Shown here: positions 63,402 through 64,000 of the stretch, piece by piece | Numbering within the stretch: the first letter of the stretch is position 1 | Layout of the letters: the number at the start of each line of letters is the position of its first letter | DNA from: Christensenella sp. UBA7588 | GTDB taxonomy: Bacteria; Bacillota; Clostridia; Christensenellales; CAG-917 | Direction of reading: 5' to 3' | Assembly (NCBI GenBank): GCA_002478945.1 | Contig: DLKM01000001.1 | Span: 81,385-145,384 of the forward strand | DNA: 64,000 nucleotides | Notes under the pieces: model-generated | The model's database searches: none | Told to the model about the DNA's origin: nothing | The model's input: only the letters and a program-made list of their open reading frames with translations | Translations under genes and position numbers: made by a program

Positions 63402-64000
63402 TTACAGCGTTGCGTTCCAGACGATTTGCGCGTCTCCTCTGCTGGTATTTTTCCAAGTATCTTCCCAGCCCGCGGGTGCGCTTGCGCTGGCGCATTTGAT
63501 TGTCAACGGTTCTTCTTCGTCTCCGCAATACATAAACGGCGCGCCCTTTATGGTCTTTAAGGTTGTCGGAAGATAAACGGTTTGCAATGCGGAGCAGTTG
63601 AAGAATGCCCACGACGCCAACTTTTCAACGCCTTTCATCACGACGTCGGTAAGCGATTGACATTGAGCAAACGCTTCGTATCCGACGGATTTGATGTTGG
63701 ACGGAAGCACTACCGACGTAACGTCTTTCTTGTAGAACGCATAAGCCGCAATATCGGTATACCCTGCAAGGTCGCTTTCTTCTATTTTCGTTTTGGTGCC
63801 GTAATATTTCAATGCAACGACTTTCCCTTGATATTTGTAAACCAACATATCCTTGTCGTCTTTTTCAAACGTACCTGAAAAAGCGGTAGATTCGCTCGTT
63901 CTGTATTCGCCGTCAAAATCGTCGGGAAGCGTGATTTCGCACGCGCTCAGATTCGTAACTTGGCAAAGCGCGTATTGGAATCTCAAATTGAGCGTTGCGC
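63402..64000 (-). CDS. BspA-type leucine-rich-repeat protein, C-terminal part; the gene probably continues past the right edge
   Basis: LRR-like segments (IAAYAFYKKDVTSVVLPSNIKSVGYEAFAQCQSLTDVVMKGVEKLASWAFFNCSALQTVYLP). The track start 63986 is TTG and the frame stays open to the window end. Confidence 0.6.
   Translation of the reverse strand, partial: ATLNLRFQYALCQVTNLSACEITLPDDFDGEYRTSESTAFSGTFEKDDKDMLVYKYQGKVVALKYYGTKTKIEESDLAGYTDIAAYAFYKKDVTSVVLPSNIKSVGYEAFAQCQSLTDVVMKGVEKLASWAFFNCSALQTVYLPTTLKTIKGAPFMYCGDEEEPLTIKCASASAPAGWEDTWKNTSRGDAQIVWNATL

Overview
This is 64 kb of a Firmicutes/Clostridia-like chromosome (inferred from gene content). The core looks about half G+C by eye (not computed). 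Two visibly AT-rich islands sit next to tRNA genes and carry no integrase. Core genes: a Na+-pumping oxaloacetate-decarboxylase-type operon (781-4206, -), two lipoproteins, cyclophilin, an HI0933-type flavoprotein and TldD/PmbA. There is also a cobalamin-riboswitch-controlled ECF/DUF4430/LRR surface operon (26910-37243, -), a zinc-ribbon protein with an AAA+ ATPase and two YbjN-like proteins, a CooC-like ATPase, glmS, a Sir2 deacetylase and an aminotransferase. The right-hand core holds a 1476-aa internally duplicated 5'-nucleotidase-type lipoprotein with about 20 Cys/Asp repeats, a WYL regulator, a P-type Ca2+-type ATPase with a structured leader, and an amidohydrolase. Island 1 (about 8670-23899) lies between tRNA-Val and tldD and is bounded by direct repeats. 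It is a single tightly coupled 11-gene operon that mixes Dnd-type and Ssp-type DNA-phosphorothioation components. These are an XRE regulator, a PP-loop PAPS-reductase-like protein with extra Zn-ribbon and 4Fe-4S modules, a DUF4007-like protein, a 1202-aa BrxC/SspC-like ATPase, a cysteine desulfurase, a PLD-SF2 helicase, a 58-aa protein, a DndD-like SMC ATPase, a 170-aa protein, a GIY-YIG nuclease and a DGQHR/DndB-like protein. Island 1 is the main candidate for an undescribed or hybrid DNA-modification defence system. Island 2 (41001-46286, downstream of tRNA-Ser) is a nested mosaic. It holds an ApeA-like HEPN protein, an OLD/DUF4435-type ATPase, a DUF3883 nuclease-fold protein, two decayed genes and several att-like repeats. 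No rRNA, CRISPR array, transposase or intact integrase was seen. All family assignments come from motif reading and memory, not from searches.
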